A stretch of DNA of 64,000 nt from an uncultured Ignavibacteriaceae bacterium (GCA_964473365.1 CAYYOV010000002.1:97576-161575), one strand, 5' to 3'; counted from the stretch's first letter, positions 9,110-18,307 are shown. The notes: generated from the sequence alone by a model not told the origin. Numbers and translations: made by a program.

Positions 9110-10480
9110 ATGCCCGAATTTCGTGTGGAAGGTCTGACTCCTTCCGGCAAGGCCATTTCCGGCGTGATCAACGCTGATAATAAGAAACTGGCCAAGAAAC
9201 GCGCCGAAGAGATGGCCAGGGAAAAGAAGTTCAAGATTACGGCCGTCCACGAGCGTGTGTCATTCCTCTATCGTGTCCAGAAGGGGAAGGACAAACCGAT
9301 CGATGGTGAGCAAAAGGCCTTTACGCCCGACGAGGTGCGCATTGCCCTCGAGAAAATGGGCTACAAGGTCCAGTATGTTCGCAAAAAGCTCTTCGGCAAC
9401 AAGCTCAAACCGGCCCCCCCTGTCGAAGTGATCTCCTTCGTCCGAATCAGCACCGACCTGATGCGACAGAAGCTGCCATTCAACGAGGTCATGCAGCTTC
9501 TGATCAACGACATCCCAAATCCGATCCTGCGCGATTGTCTCAAGGAAATTAATCTCGAACTGAAGCAGGGAAAGGACTCAGAAAAGGTCTTCCTCAAGCA
9601 CTCAGTCGTCCTCGGTAAGTTTACTGCGAACATGCTCGGCCTCGCCTCGAAGAGCGGCAACATGGTGGAGATCTATGAGAGCACGGCCAAGTTTCTCGAG
9701 CGCAACGCTCAGTTCAAGAAGTCCGTGCGACAAGCCCTGATCATGCCGTTGGTCACCTTGTTCGTTCTGTTCCTTGCGGTCATGTTCTATGTTGCCTATA
9801 TCTTCCCCGCAACGGCGGAGATGTTCGTGAAGTTCAAGATCGAGCTGCCGCCGATGACGAAGGCGACGCTTCAGTTCAGCAACTGGCTCATGGACAACGC
9901 CCTTGTCGTGAGCCTCGCGTTCATCATCCCCATGGTTGCCGCGGCCCGCTTCTTTGCGACGGAGAAGGGCCAGTTCATGCTCGACCAATATATGCTCAAG
10001 GTGCCGGTCGTCGGGGCGTTGTTCCACAAGACCGCGATCGAGATCTTTTGCCGCGTCTTCTATGCGCTGTACAGCGGTTCGGGCGAGAATATCGAGGTCA
10101 TCCGGATGGCGTCCGAAGCATGCGGCAATAAATACATGGACCAACGGATCAGAACGATCGCGATCCCGCTCATGCTGGAGAAAGGGAAGAGTCTCACCGA
10201 GGCATTCCAGGCCAGCGGTGTTTTCACGGAGACGGCCATCTCCCGTTTGAGTTCCGGCGCCGAGACCGGAACGGTCAAGAATACTGCGATCCAGCTGGCC
10301 GAATACTATGAGAAGGAAACCACGTATCGCCTGGCGAACGTGGTACAGCTGATCGAGTTGTCCGTGCAGATGGTCATCATGATCGTCCTGACGGCCCTGA
10401 CGCTCGTCTCGTCGGAGACGGCGACGGTAAAGCCGAAGGCGCCCGGCGGGTTCCTGTCATTGTTCGCCGGATGGTTCTGA
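9110..10480 (+). CDS. pilC: Type IV pilus / T2SS platform protein (GspF/PilC family)
   Basis: 456 aa with two T2SS-F-type repeats and three hydrophobic segments (LIMPLVTLFVLFLAVMFYVAYIF, ALVVSLAFIIPMVAAARFF, VQMVIMIVLTALTLV). Typical GspF strings are present (LGLASKSGNMVEIYESTAKFLE; LSSGAETGTVKNTAIQLAEYYE). Confidence 0.85.
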   Translation: MPEFRVEGLTPSGKAISGVINADNKKLAKKRAEEMAREKKFKITAVHERVSFLYRVQKGKDKPIDGEQKAFTPDEVRIALEKMGYKVQYVRKKLFGNKLKPAPPVEVISFVRISTDLMRQKLPFNEVMQLLINDIPNPILRDCLKEINLELKQGKDSEKVFLKHSVVLGKFTANMLGLASKSGNMVEIYESTAKFLERNAQFKKSVRQALIMPLVTLFVLFLAVMFYVAYIFPATAEMFVKFKIELPPMTKATLQFSNWLMDNALVVSLAFIIPMVAAARFFATEKGQFMLDQYMLKVPVVGALFHKTAIEIFCRVFYALYSGSGENIEVIRMASEACGNKYMDQRIRTIAIPLMLEKGKSLTEAFQASGVFTETAISRLSSGAETGTVKNTAIQLAEYYEKETTYRLANVVQLIELSVQMVIMIVLTALTLVSSETATVKPKAPGGFLSLFAGWF

Positions 10481-10512
10481 CAGCGCCCCCGCGGGCGCAC
10501 GGAGGATGAGGC

Positions 10513-12306
10513 ATGCCAGAGATCGACATTACTGATAAGATCGGCTATACACTCCTGAAGAAGGGCATCATCGATTTCGAGACCCTCGAGAAATCGTTGA
10601 AGCTGAAGGACTCCGAGGAGAACAAGAAGAACCGGAAGAACCTCGGCCAGATCCTCGTCTCGGAGTTCGGCGCCGACCACGACGCCGTGTTCCGCGAAGT
10701 GGCGAATCTCTACGCCTTCCGCGAGATCTTCCTGAACGACGAAAAGATCGACGAGGCACGTATCGCCTTCGTCAAGAAGTTCGTCGACGCCCTGTCCGAT
10801 CAGCAGCGCGAGATGATGACGGCCGCGAAGATGCTGCCGTTCAAGTGGGACGAGCGACAAACGGACAAGCTGATCATCGTTGCCGCAGACCCGACCGACC
10901 GGAACCTGCCGGTGGTCGCCCGATCGTTCAACGTCAAGAAATACGAGATCTGCTACGTCCGTCTGAAGGACCTGCAGAACCTTCTCGAGAAGGTCGCCCC
11001 GAAGCAGAACGAGTTCCTGAAGATGCTCGATTCGAGCGAGACGATCGAAGAAGGCTCGATGAGCAAGGACGACGTCGAGGTCGACGAAGACGCGCTCGAA
11101 GCCGAGATCAACAAGAGCGCCCTCGTCAACCTCTTCGAAGGTTGCATCGTGGAGGCGGTCCGTCGGGACGTGTCCGATATTCACATCGTCGCGGCCGAAG
11201 GGAACAAGACCAACTTCATGTTCCGCGTCGACGGCAACCTGCAGGTCTGGCATTGCCAGGAGAATACGCTCCCCGAGGCCGTCATGGCGGTCATTAAGGA
11301 CCGCACGAAGAACGTGGACCGGTTCGAGCGTGAGATGTCGCAGGACGGATTCATCCAACGCGTCATCGACGGCCACCAGCTCCGGTTCCGCGTGTCGATC
11401 ATGCCGATCGTCACGACGGAATTCAAGCACAAATTCGAGAGCGTCGTCATCCGCGTTCTGGACGACCGGAAGGTCATCACGGACCTGAACAAGCTCGGGT
11501 TGCAGGGGCCCGCGAAGAACTTCTTCTACAAGGCCATTGGCAAGCCGCAAGGGATCGTCATCCTGACGGGCCCGACAGGGTCCGGCAAGTCGACCACGCT
11601 GATCGCCGCACTCTACCAGGTGATCGACCCGACCGTCAACGTTCTGACGATCGAAGAGCCCGTCGAGTACATCATCAAGGGCGCGCGACAGCTCAAGATC
11701 GGCCCGAAGATGGGGTTCGAACAGGCCATCCGCGGTATTCTGCGTCACGACCCCGACATCGTGCTCGTCGGTGAAATGCGCGATAAGGTCACGGCTGAGA
11801 CGGCCATCAAACTGGCCAACACAGGTCACTTGGTCTTCTCCACCCTGCACACGAACGATGCTCCCAGCGCGGTGGCACGTCTGTACAAGATGGGCATCGA
11901 GCCGTTCCTGATCGCATACGCCATCAACATCATCGTCGCCCAGCGGCTCATCCGTACGCTCTGCAAGGTCTGTAAGTCTCCCATCGATGAGGATGAGAAG
12001 GGAGACCTGCTGAAGTTCGGTTTCACGGAAGAGGACCTGGCCCAGCACACCTTCTACAAACCGGTCGGTTGCGACAAGTGTAACGGCGGATGGAAGGGGC
12101 GCGCGGCCATCCACGAGGCGCTCTTCTTCAGCAAGGCAATCAAGGACATCGTCCTGAATGCCGGCGACAAGGTCGATGAGAATGCCATCCGCGATCAAGC
12201 GTCGAAGGACGGCATGTGGACGCTCCGACGTTCTGGTATGGAGCGGATGAAGGAGGGGATGACAGCCCTTGAAGAGGTCATCGCGTCGACGGTCGAGGAC
12301 GAGTGA
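10513..12306 (+). CDS. pilB: Type IV pilus assembly ATPase (GspE/PilB family)
   Basis: 597 aa. N-terminal GSPII_E_N-like region (LGQILVSEFGADHDAVFREVANLYAF). Walker A GPTGSGKSTT, Asp box LTIEEPVEY, Walker B DPDIVLVGEMRD, His box GHLVFSTLHTNDA. Tetracysteine motif CKVCKSP...CDKCNGGWKGR. Confidence 0.92.
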   Translation: MPEIDITDKIGYTLLKKGIIDFETLEKSLKLKDSEENKKNRKNLGQILVSEFGADHDAVFREVANLYAFREIFLNDEKIDEARIAFVKKFVDALSDQQREMMTAAKMLPFKWDERQTDKLIIVAADPTDRNLPVVARSFNVKKYEICYVRLKDLQNLLEKVAPKQNEFLKMLDSSETIEEGSMSKDDVEVDEDALEAEINKSALVNLFEGCIVEAVRRDVSDIHIVAAEGNKTNFMFRVDGNLQVWHCQENTLPEAVMAVIKDRTKNVDRFEREMSQDGFIQRVIDGHQLRFRVSIMPIVTTEFKHKFESVVIRVLDDRKVITDLNKLGLQGPAKNFFYKAIGKPQGIVILTGPTGSGKSTTLIAALYQVIDPTVNVLTIEEPVEYIIKGARQLKIGPKMGFEQAIRGILRHDPDIVLVGEMRDKVTAETAIKLANTGHLVFSTLHTNDAPSAVARLYKMGIEPFLIAYAINIIVAQRLIRTLCKVCKSPIDEDEKGDLLKFGFTEEDLAQHTFYKPVGCDKCNGGWKGRAAIHEALFFSKAIKDIVLNAGDKVDENAIRDQASKDGMWTLRRSGMERMKEGMTALEEVIASTVEDE

Positions 12307-12335
12307 CCGTATCACAGCAGGGCAGCACGTACAAC

Positions 12336-12365
12336 GCAACGGGCGCTTCTTGGAGCGCCCGTTGC
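12336..12365. terminator. Bidirectional stem-loop between convergent pilB and the pilin-like operon
   Basis: Perfect 12-bp stem GCAACGGGCGCT (12336..12347) / AGCGCCCGTTGC (12354..12365) with a 6-nt loop. The flanking T/A tracts are weak. Confidence 0.55.
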
Positions 12366-12402
12366 TGTTCACTGACCTTCGTGCCCCAGTTACGCCGGGG
12401 CG

Positions 12403-13428
12403 CTATTCATACCATTCCACCACGCTGTAATACAACAACCTTCCGATCCGCTTTGCCTGGTCGAGAGCCTCGCTGCTATATTTCACCTTTCCTCCCGAAC
12501 CAGTACCCTTCAAGGTTAGGTGGACTTCCTCGCCCGCGACCATCACGCCGCCGACGATTTGTGGGTTTCCGAGAGCTTCGAAACTAATCACATTCTCCTC
12601 CCCGTACGCCATCACAAGGCCATACCATGTGAAGGAACCCGAGAACTTCACGTTCCCGTTGATGGCCAGGATCCCCCAGCCAACGACGCTGCCGGTGAAC
12701 CGGATTGAAAAGTTTGTGTCGGCCGTGCCGACGTTGCATACCACGATCACGGGGTTTGCGGCGCTTCCAAAGACCCAATCGCCCGCCACGTTGCCCGGTG
12801 TGTTGAATGTGTAGTGAGCACTCTGTTCATACTCCGGGATGAATGATGCGGGGCTGAGGGCGGTGGGGTCGGTCCCTACTTTGATCGAACCGGTGAGGTA
12901 CGGGGCCACTGAGGCATCGTTGATGATCTCGGCTGAATCTGATGGATTGCTTACTGTGATGGCCGGAAGATCCCCGCTGCCAGTCAATGCCGACCCGTCC
13001 GCGGTCCAGTTGCGGCCGTCCACGGAAGCCTTTCCGCTGATGTCCATTTCGGCGTCGTTGCTGATCATGCCGATGGCCGACTTCGACGTCGGGAACGGTT
13101 TCGGCGTAAAGAGCAGCTTGACACGCATGACGTAGGTCGATTCTGCGTAGACACCGCGTGAGACGATCCGGAGTGTATCCCCGACGGACGTTGCGGTGAC
13201 GGCGTAGGAGCCGCCTTGAAAGCTTGCGGTCGTCGGGGGCGTGATACCCCGGTCAATATACCTGAGGTGTCGGTTGACGGCGAGTCGGGCCATGTTCCGC
13301 GCAAACGAGTACTTGTAGTAGCCGACCTGGGCGCCGGTGAGCGTTTCGGCCGACTCTCGAAGGCTGCCGCCGATGAACCCGAAGGCGACCGCCATCCCCA
13401 TCACCAGAAACATCGCAGCTCGTCCCAT
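12403..13428 (-). CDS. PilX-N-like pilus-associated protein (putative minor pilin / tip protein)
   Basis: 341 aa. The N-terminus MGRAAMFLVMGMAVAFGFIGGSL resembles the PilX_N hydrophobic helix. The C-terminal part has a Gly-rich beta pattern (GWGILAINGNVKFSGSFTWYGLVMAYGEENV...IVGGVMVAG) seen in PilX-like proteins. No Gly-1/Glu+5 prepilin motif. Confidence 0.45.
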   Translation of the reverse strand: MGRAAMFLVMGMAVAFGFIGGSLRESAETLTGAQVGYYKYSFARNMARLAVNRHLRYIDRGITPPTTASFQGGSYAVTATSVGDTLRIVSRGVYAESTYVMRVKLLFTPKPFPTSKSAIGMISNDAEMDISGKASVDGRNWTADGSALTGSGDLPAITVSNPSDSAEIINDASVAPYLTGSIKVGTDPTALSPASFIPEYEQSAHYTFNTPGNVAGDWVFGSAANPVIVVCNVGTADTNFSIRFTGSVVGWGILAINGNVKFSGSFTWYGLVMAYGEENVISFEALGNPQIVGGVMVAGEEVHLTLKGTGSGGKVKYSSEALDQAKRIGRLLYYSVVEWYE

Positions 13429-13437
13429 GATTGGCCT

Positions 13438-14040
13438 CTACTTGGACAGATTGAGTTGATTGAGATTACGCGGGAAGATCAGCTTCTGCCATGTCACAAG
13501 CGAATACGTCGTATCACCCTGGGGCGTGAGGACCGGCTCAGGACTTGCTACCATGAAATAGACATTGATCCCGCGGATCTTAGCAAGTGTATCGACCTGG
13601 TTCGTCGGAACACCGATCCGAACGTTGTTTGAATCGAAGTACGAGATCCGAAAGTCGATCAAGCCGAAATTCTGTCGCAGGGCTGTTCCCGCCTGTATAC
13701 GGAACAGCGGAAAGTCGGTCGGGTTTGGCGTGTTCGCGGATTGGGCGATGGTGCCTGTCTGATACCGGTAGAGTGCCGTGTCCATATTGTTCGACACATC
13801 CGCCCGATAGTCGATGCGGCGCTCCGCTGCGTAAAAGATCCGCTGACCGCGTACGTGGTGGCCGATCTTCAGAAAATCGAATTCCACCTGGCGCGCGAGT
13901 TCAACGGCATTCCCCTGGGTGATGACCGTGAACGTGTTTTGATAGAGAGTGGCGTTGATGTTCGTCTGTACCCGGGCGACTGCCAGGACGAGGACACCAA
14001 AGATGATCGCGGAGGCGATATAATCCAGCATTGCCGACAT
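13438..14040 (-). CDS. Pilin-like protein with N-terminal hydrophobic helix (no prepilin leader)
   Basis: 200 aa. The N-terminus is MSAMLDYIASAIIFGVLVLAVARV. An in-frame TAG five codons upstream of the ATG excludes a longer leader. It is 9 nt from the next gene in the operon. No family recognised. Confidence 0.4.
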   Translation of the reverse strand: MSAMLDYIASAIIFGVLVLAVARVQTNINATLYQNTFTVITQGNAVELARQVEFDFLKIGHHVRGQRIFYAAERRIDYRADVSNNMDTALYRYQTGTIAQSANTPNPTDFPLFRIQAGTALRQNFGLIDFRISYFDSNNVRIGVPTNQVDTLAKIRGINVYFMVASPEPVLTPQGDTTYSLVTWQKLIFPRNLNQLNLSK

Positions 14041-14112
14041 GAAGAACCTCGCCTAGGGCCGTTCAGGATGGTCGATCGTGATCACGTAATCCGGGACTTT
14101 GCCAGACAGACA

Positions 14113-14664
14113 CTAATAGTACTTTCGGTAGACGGCGATATCATGCATCCGGTAGGGAATGACGTTCCCCGCGTCGTCCTTGATCATCGAAAAGTTCTGC
14201 ACGTTGACCATGATCCGCTTGTGCCACGTCTGGCTGGTTTGCACGGTCAAGTTGTCCTCGTGGACATACTCGATCGAATCCCGGACGATGAACCATCCGA
14301 GCCGTGGATTCCACACCCAACGGACGTATCCGTGATAGTCGTCGACGTCGTCAAATCGCCATTGGGAACGGAAGACTCCTGTTCGGGATGAATCGGGTGG
14401 AGTGATCGTCTCGCCACCGTCTGGCCCGAACGAGCCGCGGGATGTCATCCCAGCATTCGTGAATACGCGTCGATTGTTTGTCGTGTTTTCGTCGAAGCTC
14501 TTCGTGAGCACTTCGTCGAGCATTGACTGAGCGTACGACAAGGCGTTCAGGTTCGCCTCCATTTCAAGGCCCATGTTCGAGGTCTGAATGATCGTGGCGT
14601 TGACCGCTAGCGTCAGTGTCGAGAGGAGCGTGAACGCGCCGATCGTGAGCATCGCTTGTCCCAT
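14113..14664 (-). CDS. Pilin-like protein with N-terminal hydrophobic helix (no prepilin leader)
   Basis: 183 aa. The N-terminus is MGQAMLTIGAFTLLSTLTLAV, and GGAG lies ~12 nt upstream of the ATG. It is the first gene of the three-gene minus-strand operon. No family recognised. Confidence 0.4.
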   Translation of the reverse strand: MGQAMLTIGAFTLLSTLTLAVNATIIQTSNMGLEMEANLNALSYAQSMLDEVLTKSFDENTTNNRRVFTNAGMTSRGSFGPDGGETITPPDSSRTGVFRSQWRFDDVDDYHGYVRWVWNPRLGWFIVRDSIEYVHEDNLTVQTSQTWHKRIMVNVQNFSMIKDDAGNVIPYRMHDIAVYRKYY

Positions 14665-14970
14665 GGTGAACGTACTCCTGCTGGAATACCCATTCGTTGA
14701 ATGACGGGGTTGCTACCTCCGACCCAGAACACGTTAGCGGTTCCGGGTCCCCGGCCCTATGTGCCATATCACAGTTTCGTACGCGGCTATGACCGATCTT
14801 CGCAAGCCGTGAGACGACCCACCGGGCCACAACGGGTGGCGTGAGGCACAACTCTTTGTTGACTCCGGCCGGAGCGAAGGAGGTTTTCGACCTTGGCCTG
14901 AAATCCCGTTGACCGGTTATCTATTGATGCAACAATCCGTCCACAAACGCAAAAGGCAAATCAGCCGAAT

Positions 14971-14984
14971 TTCGAAGCTTCGAA
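14971..14984. promoter_or_regulatory. Perfect 14-bp palindrome TTCGAAGCTTCGAA in the divergent pil control region (candidate operator)
   Basis: The sequence equals its own reverse complement. It sits in the 584-bp non-coding gap between the minus-strand pilin-like operon and pilT, ~175 nt upstream of the pilT candidate promoter. Confidence 0.35.
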
Positions 14985-15158
14985 TGGTGAAGCCTGTATC
15001 GATTTGGTCCTGGGTGCTCAATTATGGGTAATAATGACACACCAGACCAAACGCCCCCACTGGCTGGCGCCAAGAATGTACGAAAACCTGCGGCCGAAAC
15101 ACAATATGATGTTGTAGCAGAAGATGGTGGAAAGAGCGCAACAAAGACTTTAAGCAAG

Positions 15159-15187
15159 TTGCAATTTACTGTGGCCTTCCGTATACT
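15159..15187 (+). promoter_or_regulatory. Candidate sigma70-type promoter (TTGCAA-N17-TATACT) for pilT and downstream genes
   Basis: TTGCAA at 15159..15164, a 17-nt spacer, then TATACT at 15182..15187. It lies ~60 nt upstream of ATG 15249. Confidence 0.5.
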
Positions 15188-15248
15188 CTACCGACTTAGT
15201 GGAGAAGAGACGGCTCGTACGAACAATACCTAAGACTCCAGAGTCCGC

Positions 15249-16556
15249 ATGCCCCCAACTTCGCCACCGCCAGCGCCAATGTCCAGACCGGGCAATGCTG
15301 CTGCTGCCGAGTTGTCTCCCGTTATTCTTGAAGGCCACAAGGTCCTGAAGGAAGTGGCGGCCACGTTGCCGCAGACCGTCACTGGCCTTGAGCGTCAGAT
15401 GATGATTGGCGATACCTTGTCGCGCGTCGATGAGACGTCGAAGATGAAGCTTCTGACGCTGATGAACCATCTTCTGTCAAAGATGTTCACGATCAATGCG
15501 TCAGACATCGACATGGGAGGCTATGGGTCCCAAGGATTTATTTGGTACCGGATCTATGGGTCAAAGAAGCCTGATCCGACGCTCGGGAAATACAGTCCCG
15601 ACGAGATGAATGTTCTCGTCCAGAGCGTTATTGGAGACCGTCAGCGCACGTTCCTCTACGAGAATCGGAACCTCGACTTCTCTCATATGCTGTACCTCGA
15701 GGGGGGTGAGTTCCGACGGTTCCGAGCCGACGCCTACTTCGACCTGGATCAGCTTGCGCTGAACATGAGGGCCATCAACAATACTGTCCGGCCCTACAAA
15801 TTGCTCGAGCTCCATCCGAGCGTGACGAAGATGGTCAGTCTGGCGCAGACGAAGGAAGGGCTCTGTCTTGTCACGGGCATCACAGGCTCCGGCAAGAGCT
15901 CGACGCTGGACGCCATCATCGATGCGAACAACCATTCCGTCGACGGCCACATCGTCATCATTGCGTCGCCGATCGAGTACGTGCACCGCTCCGATCGATG
16001 CATCATTCGTCACCGGGAGGTCGGGCGAGACGTCTTGTCGTTCAAGGAAGGGGCCATTCAGGCCCTGCGGCAGGATCCTGACATCATCATGCTCGGCGAA
16101 TTGCGCGATCCTGAGACAATCATGACGGCGCTCGAGATCACGGACTCGGGCCATAAGGTCTTCTCGACGCTTCACACCGCCTCGGCCGTGGAAAGTATCG
16201 ACCGGATCATCGGTGAAATTCCCCCCATCGAGCAGGAGCGCGTCCGGAATCGCCTGGGCGAAACGTTGCGGGCCGTGATCTCCCAAAAGCTCGTTCCCAG
16301 CCTCGACGGCAAGCGCGTCCTGGCGAAGGAGATCATGATCGCCACGCCGTCGGTCAGGGCCGCGATCAAGAACAACAACACGACCGAGATCTATCAGATG
16401 ATCTCTGAAGGTCTCGAGCAGGGGATGAATACGATGGAGCAGGATCTGAAACGCCTCTATCTGGCGAAGAAGATCTCGCTCGAGAACGCGATCAACTACG
16501 CCAACAACAAGCGTCGTCTACAGCAGTTGCTGCAGATCACTCCGTCGGACAACTAG
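15249..16556 (+). CDS. pilT: Twitching-motility (retraction) ATPase, PilT/PilU family, with N-terminal extension
   Basis: 435 aa. Walker A GITGSGKSST, Asp box IIASPIEYVH, Walker B DPDIIMLGELRD, His box GHKVFSTLHTASA, and a degenerate AIRNLIRE-type helix (SVRAAIKNNNTTEIYQMI). About 70-80 extra N-terminal residues begin with a Pro/Ala-rich stretch (MPPTSPPPAPMSRPGNAAAAE). Confidence 0.85.
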   Translation: MPPTSPPPAPMSRPGNAAAAELSPVILEGHKVLKEVAATLPQTVTGLERQMMIGDTLSRVDETSKMKLLTLMNHLLSKMFTINASDIDMGGYGSQGFIWYRIYGSKKPDPTLGKYSPDEMNVLVQSVIGDRQRTFLYENRNLDFSHMLYLEGGEFRRFRADAYFDLDQLALNMRAINNTVRPYKLLELHPSVTKMVSLAQTKEGLCLVTGITGSGKSSTLDAIIDANNHSVDGHIVIIASPIEYVHRSDRCIIRHREVGRDVLSFKEGAIQALRQDPDIIMLGELRDPETIMTALEITDSGHKVFSTLHTASAVESIDRIIGEIPPIEQERVRNRLGETLRAVISQKLVPSLDGKRVLAKEIMIATPSVRAAIKNNNTTEIYQMISEGLEQGMNTMEQDLKRLYLAKKISLENAINYANNKRRLQQLLQITPSDN

Positions 16557-16598
16557 CTCCGCGGACGAACCACCCGGCCGCAGTCAGACGGTGGCCGG

Positions 16599-18290
16599 AT
16601 GCCGCACATCGTTACCCCGCCGCTGACAGGCAGGCGGGTTGCTCCAGCGATCCACCACGTCGGAGACACCGGACCCCGTATGACTATCCAAAAAGGTGAT
16701 GGAAAGACCGCCGTCTCGCTGTTCGTCGACGGTCTGTCGCTGAAGTTCATTCAGCTCTCCTTGAAGGGTGGGAAGGTCGTTCTGCGCGATTTCAAGACCG
16801 TCGCGCTCGTGAAGAAGTTCGAGGAGAAGGAGCTCGCCGCCGAGAACGAGGAGTCGGGGGGGTTCGGCGAGACTCCCGCGCCTGGCGACGCCTTTGGAGG
16901 CGGCGCGGCAACACTCGATGGGGGACAAGAAGAGGAGGCGAACTCCAATTCTACTGTCCTCTTGGGTCTGCTATCCGATCTTGGGGCGAGATTTTCGCTC
17001 AACTATGCGCTCTCCGAGCCTGCAGTCACCTACCAGGAATTCGAATCGGACTTTGGCCTGAAGGGGACGGCGCTCCGCAAGCGGATCATCGAAGAACTGG
17101 CAACGTCTCGTGCCACACCGCCGGTGATGGACTCATTCGCGGTGATCCCACACGCCAACGGCGGGATCCTGACGGTGATCCGCGAGGACGGGCTGAACCT
17201 GTACGACCTGCTGACCGAGATCAAGAGTTTCCTCGGCAACCGGGCACCGAACCTGGAGTACATCGACAGCGCTGACGTGGCCCTCATTGAGATGATCCGG
17301 ACGGGCTACGAGGTCCAGGACGAAGAGGTGACGGTCGTTGTGTACGTCGGCCACGATTTCAGCCGCATCATCTTCATGCAGGGCAAGGAATATCTCCACT
17401 TCGCCCCGATCATCAGCGAAGGGCACGAATCGCCGAATCTGGAGAACACGCTCTACTCGCGCATCCTGCTCGAACAGGACAATATCGCCCTCGCCCGGAT
17501 GGACCGCATTATCCTGGCGGGTGAGGCGCACAAGGTGAACCTGCTCGAATCTTTGGCTCCGCAATTCTCCTCCGCACAGGTCGAGTACGCGCATATCCCC
17601 GACGTCGACCTGACACCGTTCGACGGATCGGTGGGCGAGGCGCTGTCGGAATATGCCATTCCGATCATGAATGCCTGGAAGGCGCTGGAGCCCAAGCGGA
17701 AGACCTTCTATTCTACGAACCTGATCCCGGGCGCGATCATCGAGGCCCAGAAGGTCTTCAAGCTGGCCTGGCACGGCTGGGTTACGGCGCTGGGCATCAT
17801 CGCGGCGATCGTTTTCTTTTACAATGCGATCCTCGAGCAGAGCGTCGATATTCGCCGGGCGAAAGAAGAACTCGCGCAGAAGCAGCTTCGCCTGGCCGAC
17901 CTCGACCTGTTCAGGTCCCGAAAGGACGTGCTCCAAGGCGATATCAACCGGTACATCAACGCGACGACGACGTACGACTCGATCGCGCCAGGCGGTGACC
18001 GCTGGAGCCGGATCCTCCACTATGTCGCAACGAGCGTCGAGGATCTGAACTCCATGTGGATCTACAATATGCGGCCCGATCCACAGAACAAATCGATCAT
18101 CATCCTCTCCGGTCGCTCGATCTACCGAACGCGGATTCCGCGCATCGCCAGCATCTTCGAGAAGGCCACACTGCGCGAGGTGCGGACGACAACGGTCCGG
18201 AACAAGATCGTGTATGAATTCGACATCGTCATCGAGCGGGTCGACAAACATGATATTCCCGAGCGGCCGTACGACGCCGCCCGGCGATAA
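16599..18290 (+). CDS. Apparent PilM-PilN fusion (actin-like cytoplasmic domain + TM helix + periplasmic coiled-coil domain)
   Basis: 563 aa. PilM-like strings: VSLFVDGLSLKFIQL, VVVYVGHDFSRIIFMQG, RIILAGEAHKVNLLESL. A single TM helix follows (WVTALGIIAAIVFFYNAIL, ~17769..17835), then a coiled-coil/PilN-like tail. An alternative start at ATG 16680 would give a more typical PilM N-terminus. Confidence 0.6.
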   Translation: MPHIVTPPLTGRRVAPAIHHVGDTGPRMTIQKGDGKTAVSLFVDGLSLKFIQLSLKGGKVVLRDFKTVALVKKFEEKELAAENEESGGFGETPAPGDAFGGGAATLDGGQEEEANSNSTVLLGLLSDLGARFSLNYALSEPAVTYQEFESDFGLKGTALRKRIIEELATSRATPPVMDSFAVIPHANGGILTVIREDGLNLYDLLTEIKSFLGNRAPNLEYIDSADVALIEMIRTGYEVQDEEVTVVVYVGHDFSRIIFMQGKEYLHFAPIISEGHESPNLENTLYSRILLEQDNIALARMDRIILAGEAHKVNLLESLAPQFSSAQVEYAHIPDVDLTPFDGSVGEALSEYAIPIMNAWKALEPKRKTFYSTNLIPGAIIEAQKVFKLAWHGWVTALGIIAAIVFFYNAILEQSVDIRRAKEELAQKQLRLADLDLFRSRKDVLQGDINRYINATTTYDSIAPGGDRWSRILHYVATSVEDLNSMWIYNMRPDPQNKSIIILSGRSIYRTRIPRIASIFEKATLREVRTTTVRNKIVYEFDIVIERVDKHDIPERPYDAARR

Positions 18291-18307
18291 CCAACTGCGG
18301 AGGCCTC

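Noticed and set aside
10306-12372. 688-aa minus-strand ORF covering the whole pilB gene
   Set aside because: This is a shadow ORF typical of GC-rich DNA. Its translation is low-complexity (D/L/V/R/E-rich) with no motifs. The plus strand carries a complete, motif-perfect GspE/PilB ATPase.
15024-15233. 69-aa ORF (and the 78-aa antisense ORF 14921..15157) in the pil divergent region, considered as a possible missing pilin
   Set aside because: Neither has a hydrophobic N-terminal helix or a class III signal peptide. The plus-strand ORF overlaps the predicted pilT promoter and has no RBS. A small non-pilin protein cannot be fully excluded.
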